64,000 bases of DNA from Collinsella sp. GTDB lineage: Bacteria > Actinomycetota > Coriobacteriia > Coriobacteriales > Coriobacteriaceae. Shown piece after piece: positions 48,222 to 57,560 of this stretch. Each line of letters begins with the position of its first letter. Positions within the stretch are counted from its first letter, which is position 1. A program made the position numbers and the translations under genes. The stretch lies in the NCBI GenBank assembly GCA_019414685.1, contig DXLQ01000001.1, positions 1,208-65,207 of the forward strand, read 5' to 3'. A model generated the notes under the pieces. It did not search any database. It saw only the letters and a list, made by a program, of their open reading frames with translations, and was not told the DNA's origin.

Positions 48222-48752
48222 ATGAATATCGTTGTATTGAGCGGTAGCCCGCGCAAGGGCGCCAATACCGACACCATGGTCGAGGCGTTTGCCGAGACCG
48301 CGCGCGAGGCCGGCCATACGGTCGAGGTCATCCGCGTTGCCGGCAAGAAGATTGCTGGTTGCCTGGGGTGTCAGTACTGCTTTGCCCATGAGGGTGCCTG
48401 CGTGCAGAAGGACGACATGGCCGGTGTGCTCGAGACACTGAAAGGCGCCGATATGGTTGTCTTCGCTTCGCCTATCTACTGGTTTGATATCACTGCGCAG
48501 GAGAAGGCCGCCATCGACCGCCTGTATGCCTTCGGTGCTACGGGCTTCCCGTTCACCAAGACGGCCCTTTTGCTCGATAGCCATAGCGAGGGCGTCTATG
48601 ATGCGGCGATCGCTATGTACAAGTCAACCTGTGCGTACTGCAAGTGGGAGGACCAGGGCATTGTCACCATCAGCGGTATGACCGAGCGTGACAGCATGGT
48701 CTCCTCGCCCAAGTTGGAAGAGGTGCGAGAGCTCGCTCGCAAACTCGCCTAA
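48222..48752 (+). CDS. Flavodoxin-family / iron-sulfur flavoprotein-like FMN reductase
   Basis: GSPRKGANT, CLGCQYC....C..KDDM, FASPIYW, KAAIDR. Confidence 0.9.
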   Translation: MNIVVLSGSPRKGANTDTMVEAFAETAREAGHTVEVIRVAGKKIAGCLGCQYCFAHEGACVQKDDMAGVLETLKGADMVVFASPIYWFDITAQEKAAIDRLYAFGATGFPFTKTALLLDSHSEGVYDAAIAMYKSTCAYCKWEDQGIVTISGMTERDSMVSSPKLEEVRELARKLA

Positions 48753-48859
48753 GGACAAGAAGAACGCATGGCAATCAGCGTTGGCGGAAAGCCTACTTCC
48801 CTTACCAAGAGGATTACTGATTGCCATGCGTTGATGTCCTTATGGACAATCTCCGCGTG

Positions 48860-49954
48860 CTAGGAGACTTTCTCGCTCAGGAACTCCCTGAATGCGGGGA
48901 TGTCAAAGCCAACGAGACCACGCCCACGTTCCCCGATGACGCCGTCCTCGAGAAGGCGGCGTTTGTATTGGCTTGCGTAGTTGCTGGCGACGCCCATGCG
49001 TTTGGCTATCTCCGAGACCCTGCTGGGGCCAGAATCGGGCAGCATCGCGAGTAAAAACTCAATGTCTTTATCGGAAAGCTCTCGATAGGTCGTTTCGAGA
49101 ATGCGATCACGCAGCTCCATGCGTGCGAGTAGGGAACCCTGCTGGACATCGGATGCACTGATTTGGGGCGAGTTCTCCGAAACATCCCAAGTGCGATATC
49201 CGACGAGCTGCATCATGTAGGGGAATCCGTCGACGGCCTTCACAGCATTCTCGAGCGCTTCTGGTGTGATTGAACGTCCTCCGGCCTCAACGGTTTTGCG
49301 AAACGCGTTTGCAATTTCAACGTCAGTGATTCGTCCTAACTGATGATATTGGGAACGCCTGAGGAACGAGACGGAATCGTTACGCAGCAACGCCGATACT
49401 TTGTAGGGCAGTCCTGCCATGAGTAGGGCAACTTTTTTACCTTCGCGTACAAAGTGCTGGTAAACAGAGGCAAATTGAAGCATTTCTTCGAGATCGACGG
49501 TGACTTCATCGATGGTAATGAGAAGTCCGATGTCATGTTTTTCGAGTTGCTTAAAGATGCCATTCATGCGCGTGCGCCAGTTGCCCTGAGCCTCTTGAGC
49601 ATATGTCCAATCGATGCCCACTGGACCAATTTGAACGCCGTTTATGCGCGCATGAGGCTGTGAGAGGTAGCTATCTGCGGCTTCTTTGGTTCGCTCGATA
49701 ATATCTTCGAGCATGCCTGGCATGGCGGAGACATTTGCTGCGATCCAACCGTGTTCAAGCGCCGTTTCTGAAAGGAGCGAGAGAAGCGCCGTCTTGCCCG
49801 TTCCCCTTGCGCCCGTAAAAATAGTCGACAGGTTTGGATCTCCCGGGCCGTTGATAAAACCACGGTTGATGTCACGCAGAATATGCTCGCGACCCGCTAG
49901 AAAGGGAGGGACGCTTCCGAACGTCGGGGTAAAGGGGTTCTTGCTGTACTCCAT
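48860..49954 (-). CDS. AAA-family ATP-binding protein with C-terminal winged helix
   Basis: NPFTPTFG..PPFLAGRE, GARGTGKT, ITIDE, GFPYMMQLVG, YASQYKRRL. Confidence 0.88.
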   Translation of the reverse strand: MEYSKNPFTPTFGSVPPFLAGREHILRDINRGFINGPGDPNLSTIFTGARGTGKTALLSLLSETALEHGWIAANVSAMPGMLEDIIERTKEAADSYLSQPHARINGVQIGPVGIDWTYAQEAQGNWRTRMNGIFKQLEKHDIGLLITIDEVTVDLEEMLQFASVYQHFVREGKKVALLMAGLPYKVSALLRNDSVSFLRRSQYHQLGRITDVEIANAFRKTVEAGGRSITPEALENAVKAVDGFPYMMQLVGYRTWDVSENSPQISASDVQQGSLLARMELRDRILETTYRELSDKDIEFLLAMLPDSGPSRVSEIAKRMGVASNYASQYKRRLLEDGVIGERGRGLVGFDIPAFREFLSEKVS

Positions 49955-49963
49955 GGTGACTCC

Positions 49964-50018
49964 TTTGCAAGTTTTGCTAATTTTTGCAAGTTTTGCTAAT
50001 TTTTGCAAGTTTTGCTAA
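49964..50018. repeat. Perfect tandem repeat of a 19-mer (about 2.9 copies) abutting the ATPase SD
   Basis: TTTGCAAGTTTTGCTAATT at 49964, 49983 and (truncated) 50002. Confidence 0.9.
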
Positions 50019-50115
50019 CAGCTGACCAAAGGGCATCGAAGCAGTGACGCTGACATTTTTTACGCAGAAAAATAAGCAGAAATCAATTTATCTGCGTTAA
50101 AAAATAGTTGAGAAG

Positions 50116-50166
50116 AAAAACGACGAGTCCCGGGCGCAATGCCGTTGCGTTCCGGGCCTCGTCGCT
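50116..50166 (-). terminator. Terminator after the topoisomerase operon
   Basis: CGACGAG-CCCGG / CCGGG-CTCGTCG stem; AAAAA on + gives a U-tract on -. Confidence 0.7.
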
Positions 50167-50201
50167 TTGAGAAGTATCTAACGGTCTCGTTGCCGTGGCA
50201 C

Positions 50202-52442
50202 CTAGTCAAACAGGCTCGGCATGTCGTTTTCCTTCATGAGGGCACCGGCAGAAGGCAGGCTCTGTGCGGTGAACTTCTCGGCCGAGACGCCGGCGCCAAG
50301 AATCTCCTCGGTTGTGCCGACGGTGGTGACCGAGCGGCCCTTCTTAGCCGCAAAGGCCTGGACGCCCTGCGTGTTGGTGGTCGTCTTGGTCTTGAGCAAC
50401 GACGTGTTGAAGTTCATCAGGCGATAGTCGCTCGAGACCAGTGCAATATCGCGATCTTCCTTGAGCACCTGGGCATACAGCAGTTTGCTGCCGCCGTAGA
50501 TGGCGTTCTTAAGGCGCTTGCGGTTGGTCTTGGTAACGTATCCGGCAAGTGCGACGCGCACCACACGACCGTTCTCAAAGACAAACAGCACGTCGGCCTT
50601 GTAGTCCTCGGGGTCGATGACCCAGATGACACCCTCGTCGGGTTCCATCTCAAGATCGGTCGGCAGGTACGAGCCCAGCTGGGCCGACTTGGTGTCCTCA
50701 AACGCCGCAACCTTGCACTTGTACACCTGGCTCTTGTTGGTAAAGACCAGCAGCTCGTGGGTGTTGGAGGACGGGAACTCGATAAAGGGTTTGTCGCCGT
50801 CCTTGTACTTGAGCGTGGTCGCCTTCTTGAGTACGCGGTCCGTCATCTTCTTAAGGTAGCCATCGCGCGAGAGCATGATGGTGACCGGGTACTCCTCGAC
50901 CTCGGGTTCCAAGCTCACCTCGATGACCTCATGGGGCTCGATCCTGCCCGTGCGACGCGGCATCACATATTTCTTGTTGACCGCGGCCAACTCGTCGCTG
51001 ATGACCTTCTTGATGTTGTCTTCGCTCGAGAGAATCTCCTCCAGCTCGGCAATTTCGCCCTCAAGCTTTGCAATGTCCTTGGTGCGGTTGAGGATGTACT
51101 CCTCGTTGATGTTGCGAAGCTTGAGCTCGGCAACAAACTCGGCCTGGGTCTCGTCGATGTCGAAACCCTTCATAAGATTGGGCACGACCTCGGCTTCGAG
51201 CTTGGTGCCGCGGATGATGGCGATGGCCTTGTCGATGTCGAGCAGAATTGCCTCAAGGCCGTGCAGCAGGTGCAGGCGCTCGGACTTTTTGCCCAGGTCA
51301 AAGTTAATGCGGCGGCGCGTGGACTCAATACGCCACTTGACCCACTCGTGCAGAATCTGGCGCACGCCCATAACACGGGGATAGCCGTCGACGAGCACGT
51401 TGAAGTTGCACGAGAACGAATCCTGCAGCGTGGTCGAGCGATAGAGCTTGGCCATGAGCTTGTCGGGGTCGACGCCGCGCTTAAGGTCGATGGCGATACG
51501 CAGACCCGAGAGGTCGGTCTCATCGCGGATATCGGCGATCTCCTTGACCTTGCCCTCTTTGGAGAGCTTGACGATGCGTTCGATGATGACATCGGTCTTG
51601 GTGGTGTAGGGGATCTCGTAGACCTCGATGATGCGCTCTTCGGGAATCCAGCGCCAGCGGGAGCGGATCTGGAAGCTGCCAAGGCCGGTCTCGATAATCT
51701 TTTCCATCTCCTCGCGGCGGTAGATAATTTCGCCGCCGGTCGAGAAGTCGGGCATGGGCATGTACTCGAGCAGGTCGCAGTCGGGATCCTGCAGGTAGTG
51801 CATGGTGGCGGTGCAGACCTCGTTGAGGTTGAAACCGCAGATGTCGGACGCCATGGCGACGCCGATGCCCTTGTTGGCCGAGACAAGGATGTTGGGGAAC
51901 GTGGTGGGCAGCAAACGCGGCTCCTTCATGGCGCCGTCGTAGCTGTCGACAAAGTCGACCGGGTCCTTGTCGATGTCCTTGAAGATCTCGGCGCTGATGG
52001 GGGAGAGCTTGGCCTCGGTATAACGCGAGGCGGCGTAGCTCAGATCGCCCGAATAGTACTTGCCAAAGTTGCCCTTCGACTCCACGAAGGGCGCAAGCAG
52101 TGCCTCGTTGCCCGTCGCCAGGCGCACCATCGTCTCGTAGATCGCGGCATCGCCGTGCGGGTTGAGCTTCATGGTTTGCCCCACGATGTTGGCGCTCTTC
52201 TGGCGCTCGCCCTTGAGCAGACCCATCTTGTACATGGTGTAGAGCAGCTTGCGGTGCGAGGGCTTAAAGCCGTCGATCTCGGGGAACGCACGCGAGACGT
52301 TGACGCTCATGGCGTAGGGCATGTAGTTGACCTCGAGCGTCTGCGTGATCGGCTGGTCGGTGACCTCGGAGTGCAGGCCGATGACGTTTTCGGCGTTGAC
52401 CTGCTTTTTCTTTGGCTGGTTCTTCGTCTTCTTCTTTGCCAC
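50202..52442 (-). CDS. Type IIA DNA topoisomerase subunit A (GyrA/ParC family, no GyrA box)
   Basis: YMPYAMSV..SRA, DGFKPSHR, NPHGDAAIY, catalytic AASRYTE, DETD. Confidence 0.92.
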   Translation of the reverse strand: MAKKKTKNQPKKKQVNAENVIGLHSEVTDQPITQTLEVNYMPYAMSVNVSRAFPEIDGFKPSHRKLLYTMYKMGLLKGERQKSANIVGQTMKLNPHGDAAIYETMVRLATGNEALLAPFVESKGNFGKYYSGDLSYAASRYTEAKLSPISAEIFKDIDKDPVDFVDSYDGAMKEPRLLPTTFPNILVSANKGIGVAMASDICGFNLNEVCTATMHYLQDPDCDLLEYMPMPDFSTGGEIIYRREEMEKIIETGLGSFQIRSRWRWIPEERIIEVYEIPYTTKTDVIIERIVKLSKEGKVKEIADIRDETDLSGLRIAIDLKRGVDPDKLMAKLYRSTTLQDSFSCNFNVLVDGYPRVMGVRQILHEWVKWRIESTRRRINFDLGKKSERLHLLHGLEAILLDIDKAIAIIRGTKLEAEVVPNLMKGFDIDETQAEFVAELKLRNINEEYILNRTKDIAKLEGEIAELEEILSSEDNIKKVISDELAAVNKKYVMPRRTGRIEPHEVIEVSLEPEVEEYPVTIMLSRDGYLKKMTDRVLKKATTLKYKDGDKPFIEFPSSNTHELLVFTNKSQVYKCKVAAFEDTKSAQLGSYLPTDLEMEPDEGVIWVIDPEDYKADVLFVFENGRVVRVALAGYVTKTNRKRLKNAIYGGSKLLYAQVLKEDRDIALVSSDYRLMNFNTSLLKTKTTTNTQGVQAFAAKKGRSVTTVGTTEEILGAGVSAEKFTAQSLPSAGALMKENDMPSLFD

Positions 52443-52487
52443 GATTTCCTCTTGAACTTCTTATGGGCCGTCGTTATCGATTTGCTG

Positions 52488-54485
52488 CTACTGCAGGTCC
52501 AGCTGGTCCAGGTATTCCTTGCCGTGCTCGGAGATATGGCGCTTGCGGCCTGCCTCGTCGTTGCCAAGCAAAAGGTTGAACATGGTTTCCATCTTGGTGA
52601 CGTCCTCGGGCTCCACCTTGATCAGGCGGCGCGTCTCGGGGTTCATGGTGGTGAGCCACATCATGTCCGGATCGTTCTCACCAAGACCCTTGGAGCGGTT
52701 GATCGAGCACTTTTGGTCGCCGATCTCCTTAAGGATGCCGTTCTTCTCGAGCTCGGTGTAGGCAAAGTAGGTCTTCTCTTTGCAGTTGATCTCGTAGAGC
52801 GGCGACTCGGCGATATACACGTAGCCCTCGTCGATAAGCGTGGGCACCAGGCGATAGAGCATGGTGAGCACGAGCGTGCGGATGTGATAACCGTCGACGT
52901 CGGCGTCCGTACAGATGATGACCTTGTTCCAGTTGAGGTTGTCCAGGTCAAAGGCGCCCAGGTTCTTGATGCGCTTGTCCTTGATCTCCACACCGCAGCC
53001 CAGCACGCGCATAAGGTCCATGATGATGTCGGACTTAAAGATGCGCGGATAATCCTCCTTCAGGCAGTTGAGGATCTTACCTCGGACGGGCATGACGCCC
53101 TGGAACTCGGCATCGCGCGAGGTGCGAATGGCGCCTGCTGCCGAGTCGCCCTCTACGATGTAGATCTCGCGACGGTTCTTGTCCTTGGAGCGGCAGTCGA
53201 TGAACTTCTGCACGCGGTTGGCCATATCGGTCTTCTGCTGCAGGTTGGTCTTGATGCTCTGGCGCGTCTTCTCGGCATTCTCGCGTGAACGCTTGTTGAT
53301 GAGCACCTGCTCCATAATCTTATTGGCGGCGTCCTTGTTCTCGATCAAGTAGGTCGAGAGGCGCTCCTTAAAGAAGGCAGTCATGGCCTGCTGGATAAAG
53401 CGGTTGTTGATGGCCTTCTTAGTCTGGTTTTCGTAAGACGTCTGGGTGGAGAAGCAGTTGGTCACTAGTACCAGACAGTCCTGGACGTCCTGCCACTTAA
53501 TGCCGCTCTCGTTTTTGTTGTATTTGCCCTGTTGCTTAATGTAGGCATCGATGGCGCTGGTCAAAGCGCTGCGGGCGGCCTTCTCGGGCGAACCGCCGTT
53601 CTCGAGCCACGATGAGTTGTGGTAGTACTCCTGCATCATGAAGGTGCGCGAGAAGCACATGCATGCGGTGATTTTTACGTTGTAATCGGGCAGGTCCTCG
53701 CGATCGCGACCGCGACGGTCGGCCTCGATAAAGAAGGGCTCGGTAAGGTAGTCGGTACCGACCTTCTCGAGCACGTAGTCCTCGATGCCCTTGGGATAGC
53801 AAAAATCCTCTTCGGAAAACTCACCATCGTCGCCCTCGATGTGCAGGCGGAAGGTCACGTTGGCGTTGACCACGGCCTGACGGCGCATGGTCTCGCGATA
53901 CCAATCGTGGGGGATACTGATGGAGGTAAAGACCTCAAGATCGGGACGCCACTTGATGGTGGTACCGGTGCGGTTCTCGTCGCTGGGCTCAATCTCGAGC
54001 GCCTTCTTTTTGGCGCCGACGACCTTGCCCTTCTTAAAGTGCAGGGAGTACTTGTTGCCGTCGCGCCAAACCGTGACGTCCATGTACTCGGAGGCGTACT
54101 GAGTCGCACAGGAGCCCAGGCCGTTGGTGCCGAGCGAGAAATCGTAGTCGCCGCCCTGGTTGTTGTTATACTTGCCGCCGGCGTAGAGTTCGCAAAAGAC
54201 GAGCTCCCAGTTAAAACGCTTCTCGGAAGGGTTCCAGTCGAGCGGGCAGCCACGGCCATTGTCCTCTACCTGAATGGAGCCATCGCGAAAGGCGGTAAGG
54301 GTGATGAGCTTGCCGTAGCCCTGGCGCGCCTCGTCAACGGCGTTGGACAGGATCTCGAAGGCGGCATGTGCGCAGCCGTCGAGCCCGTCCGAGCCAAAGA
54401 TGACGGCGGGGCGCAGGCGTACGCGCTCCTCGTCCTTGAGCTGGCGGATACTGTCGTTACCATAGTTTGCGGTGTTTTTTGCCAT
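52488..54485 (-). CDS. Type IIA DNA topoisomerase subunit B (GyrB/ParE family)
   Basis: EILSNAVDE, DNGRG, VEGDSA, PVRGKILN, TDADVDG, KGLGEN. Confidence 0.92.
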   Translation of the reverse strand: MAKNTANYGNDSIRQLKDEERVRLRPAVIFGSDGLDGCAHAAFEILSNAVDEARQGYGKLITLTAFRDGSIQVEDNGRGCPLDWNPSEKRFNWELVFCELYAGGKYNNNQGGDYDFSLGTNGLGSCATQYASEYMDVTVWRDGNKYSLHFKKGKVVGAKKKALEIEPSDENRTGTTIKWRPDLEVFTSISIPHDWYRETMRRQAVVNANVTFRLHIEGDDGEFSEEDFCYPKGIEDYVLEKVGTDYLTEPFFIEADRRGRDREDLPDYNVKITACMCFSRTFMMQEYYHNSSWLENGGSPEKAARSALTSAIDAYIKQQGKYNKNESGIKWQDVQDCLVLVTNCFSTQTSYENQTKKAINNRFIQQAMTAFFKERLSTYLIENKDAANKIMEQVLINKRSRENAEKTRQSIKTNLQQKTDMANRVQKFIDCRSKDKNRREIYIVEGDSAAGAIRTSRDAEFQGVMPVRGKILNCLKEDYPRIFKSDIIMDLMRVLGCGVEIKDKRIKNLGAFDLDNLNWNKVIICTDADVDGYHIRTLVLTMLYRLVPTLIDEGYVYIAESPLYEINCKEKTYFAYTELEKNGILKEIGDQKCSINRSKGLGENDPDMMWLTTMNPETRRLIKVEPEDVTKMETMFNLLLGNDEAGRKRHISEHGKEYLDQLDLQ

Positions 54486-54642
54486 ACTCGCTCTCTCGGT
54501 GCTCCTTTGCTGCGTTTAAGTCATATAGATAGTCAAGGTAGCATAGCCCAGCCCACAGACGATTCCAACCAACACGAAATCCATCGAACAATCGTTCGAT
54601 TAGATAATGAATGCTTGGAATGCGGGAGGGACCTGTCCTGTC

Positions 54643-56025
54643 CTATCCAAACATCTGCGGCAGGTCGATGAAGACGGTTCGATCGCTTTCGCCAGCTTCG
54701 AAGCCCGAACGGGAGAAGAATCCATAGCGATGGCACTTGAGCCCCGTTGCCTCGACTTGGGTGATTTCCTCGTCGACCATTTTTTGCGTGACGGGGGATT
54801 TGCGGAACTTTGCTTCGTAGAATGCGTAGCCCTCGGGGTCTTGCGTTACCACATCGAATTCGCCGCTCGTTTTGTTTGCGGGATCGTCGTACCAGTACTT
54901 GCCTATGGCGTCGAAAGCCGGTTCGATCTTGCCGGTCCTGTTCTGCCGCACGAGGTATTGACGGCAGATCTCCTCGAACATATGAGGAACGTAGTTTTCC
55001 TCGAAGTCTTGGGAGACGTGACGATCATAGAAGACTTCCGGGTCGAGCAGCTGACGTGCTGAGGCATTGCGGAAAACATAGCGATAGTAAAAGAGCGAAA
55101 GCGGATCCACTACAAAGTAGCCAGACTTGCGCTTGTTCGTAGGGTCGTTGATGGGTGCACGCTTTTGGACGATTTCGAGTGACATGAGCTTGTCGAGCAC
55201 GTCTGCCATGGCCGGACCGCTCGAGACGTGCGACTGTGCCAGCACGTCCCCCCAACGGGAGTAACCTTGTGCGAGAGCCCCGAAAACTTCGTTGGCGTTG
55301 GTCATCTTCGAGATCTCGGCGTTGAGATAGGACGGCACCTCGCTTTCTAAGCGGGCGCCAGGTTCCGTGACGAGCTCGATGATGTTGTCGCGTACGCTTT
55401 GGGATTGATCGATGAGGCGATTGTAAAAGGGGATGCCGCCAAAAACGCTATAGAGCCGCACCTTGTCCTCGGGCGAGAACGCGGGATAGAACTTCGCAGC
55501 GTCAAAGTAATCCATGGGCTTAAGCTCAAGTGCGAGATCAATTCGCCCGTAGAGGGGGCTTTCATGCTCGATGAGGGATTTCATAATCTCAACGTAGGAG
55601 CCGCACAGGACAATGTTTAAACGTGAGTCTTCCCTGTGGGCGTCGATTGAGGTCTGAAGAATGCTGTCTAAGCCTTTAACCGCATCTCTCAAGTAGGGGT
55701 ATTCGTCGAGAACGAGGGTAATGTTCTTGTCTTTGGCTTGGGCAAACAGAAATTCGATGAGCTCGCGGATGCCTGTGAAGGCGAGCGGAGGAAAGCTCAG
55801 CGCTTCAGCAACAAGGACGGACAGACTCTCGAGGTTGTCTGCCTCGGAGGTTTGGCGGCACTCGTAATAGACCGTTGCGACGTCTGACAAATCCGTTAGC
55901 GCCTGCTTGATGAGCTCACTTTTTCCGACGCGACGCCTGCCGTAAATGAGAACATTGCGCTGCTCGGGTGCTTTGAGCGTTTTCTTAATACGGGCGAGTT
56001 CACGCTCCCTGCCAATGAATTCCAC
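54643..56025 (-). CDS. Archaeal-type AAA ATPase with DUF234 / PD-(D/E)XK C-terminus
   Basis: FIGREREL, YGRRRVGKS, LDEYPYL, FGGIPFY, GEFDVV...YEAKF. Confidence 0.9.
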   Translation of the reverse strand: MEFIGRERELARIKKTLKAPEQRNVLIYGRRRVGKSELIKQALTDLSDVATVYYECRQTSEADNLESLSVLVAEALSFPPLAFTGIRELIEFLFAQAKDKNITLVLDEYPYLRDAVKGLDSILQTSIDAHREDSRLNIVLCGSYVEIMKSLIEHESPLYGRIDLALELKPMDYFDAAKFYPAFSPEDKVRLYSVFGGIPFYNRLIDQSQSVRDNIIELVTEPGARLESEVPSYLNAEISKMTNANEVFGALAQGYSRWGDVLAQSHVSSGPAMADVLDKLMSLEIVQKRAPINDPTNKRKSGYFVVDPLSLFYYRYVFRNASARQLLDPEVFYDRHVSQDFEENYVPHMFEEICRQYLVRQNRTGKIEPAFDAIGKYWYDDPANKTSGEFDVVTQDPEGYAFYEAKFRKSPVTQKMVDEEITQVEATGLKCHRYGFFSRSGFEAGESDRTVFIDLPQMFG

Positions 56026-56027
56026 TT

Positions 56028-56132
56028 ACTCGGTTCCTTCCGACTCGGTTTTGTCCGAGTTAATTGTATCGCATGAATCAGTTTATGCTCGAGTTTACTC
56101 GGACAAAACCGAGTCGGTTCTGTCCGAGTAAA
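56028..56132. repeat. Array of four 18-bp quasi-palindromes upstream of the ATPase
   Basis: ACTCGG-n6-CCGAGT consensus at 56028, 56043, 56097, 56112; perfect 21-bp inverted repeat 56040-56060 / 56097-56117. Confidence 0.8.
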
Positions 56133-56428
56133 TTTGAAGGCGGCCGAATGCGTCTTGCTGCGTTTGCGGTTGGATACGTTGTCGAAAACGTGTCGTGCGG
56201 ATTGTTGGATCGAATCGAACATTGGGACAGACGTCTCGTTTTATGGGCCGGGGGCGTGCATGTGCGAGTTCTTTTGGCCCATAAGGAACGCTGGTGGGTC
56301 GTTATTTGGGCCACGGGTCACTTCGCCGGCGCCGTGTTTCGTCATACGCTCATAGTGGAAGCCGATGCCACGGGGTCGACTTGGGACTCGGGCAATGGAT
56401 GAGCTGCAAGCCGAAAGGAGCGGTGAGA

Positions 56429-57448
56429 ATGATGAGGCCCATGACAAAGAAACTGCTGTTAGGAATTCCCACCGTGACGCTTTCGGCCGTGCTGGCGTGT
56501 ACAGTGGCCGGCTGTGGCGGTAGTGCTCCGAGCGGCTCGCCTGGCGGTTCGGGCGGCAGCGCGCCTGTGCAGGAAAAGCCCAGGGCCTATGATTCGCAGA
56601 CGGTCGAGGTGGCAGGCATTACCTATGAGTCGGTGGCTCACGGTACGTTCTATCGCGGCGATGCCAAGCTGCAGGACGGCTTTTACCTGCACATCAAGAT
56701 CACCAACAACAACACAAAGAACAGGACGTTCAGTTCCTTTAACGTGCATGCTGCCCAGGGCGATCTTGAGGCAGGCGACCCGTTGTTTACTTCCGGCAAG
56801 GCGGCCGTGCTCGACTACGTTGCAAGCGAGGCTCCCGATGAGCTGCACGAGGGCATCGACCTTTCCGAGAGGCCAGATATCGGCCCGGGCGAGACCGTTG
56901 AGTACGTGTATTTCTGGGCGCCCAAGACGGCGTACTACGGGCCCATCACTGTCGAGTTCGTAGACGCTTATGCCCCCGCCAAGAATCATGAGGCCATGCA
57001 CTTTGACACCACGGGATGCGAGACCAAGGAGTTCAAGGCGGCCGGCGGCGTGGCCGATTCTGGCGAGAAGGCAGATTTAACGGGCATCGACTGCGCATCG
57101 TACAGCATCGAGGCCGCCGATGGGTACACGCTGGATTCGTCCGACGAAGAGCGCGAAAAGGCAAACTTCTTCCACGACGAGACTGGAGGACGCCTGAACA
57201 TCAGCATCTTCCCGCGCTCGCCGGAGGAAGAGGTTGCAAGCCTAGAGCAGGTCTACGAAGGCAAGGAGACAACAACCGACCAGGTCGAGTACAACGGCAT
57301 AACGTGGCTGCGCTTTACCGGTCCCGACAACGGCCATACGCTGTTTGCGACGGCTCCCGCGACGGGCGAGACCGTCCGCGTGTCGATTGGCTGGAAGATC
57401 GATTGGGACGCCGCCGCGCCCATGATGGAGGCATTGAAGCTCAAGTAG
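56429..57448 (+). CDS. Putative lipoprotein
   Basis: Lipobox VAG-C after hydrophobic stretch, Gly/Ser linker, Ig-like segment KITNN..., AAGGAG SD. Confidence 0.8.
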   Translation: MMRPMTKKLLLGIPTVTLSAVLACTVAGCGGSAPSGSPGGSGGSAPVQEKPRAYDSQTVEVAGITYESVAHGTFYRGDAKLQDGFYLHIKITNNNTKNRTFSSFNVHAAQGDLEAGDPLFTSGKAAVLDYVASEAPDELHEGIDLSERPDIGPGETVEYVYFWAPKTAYYGPITVEFVDAYAPAKNHEAMHFDTTGCETKEFKAAGGVADSGEKADLTGIDCASYSIEAADGYTLDSSDEEREKANFFHDETGGRLNISIFPRSPEEEVASLEQVYEGKETTTDQVEYNGITWLRFTGPDNGHTLFATAPATGETVRVSIGWKIDWDAAAPMMEALKLK

Positions 57449-57478
57449 CGGGTTGCGATTCCCACGTCAGGCGACTCA

Positions 57479-57513
57479 GGGCTGGCTCCGAGTTATCGGG
57501 GCCAGCCCCTTTT
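57479..57513. terminator. Terminator between convergent genes
   Basis: GGGCTGGCTCCGA / TCGGGGCCAGCCC plus CTTTT. Confidence 0.75.
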
Positions 57514-57560
57514 GGTGTTCGATGAGCCGAGTCGGCGTCTCTCGCAAAGGTAACTGAGAG

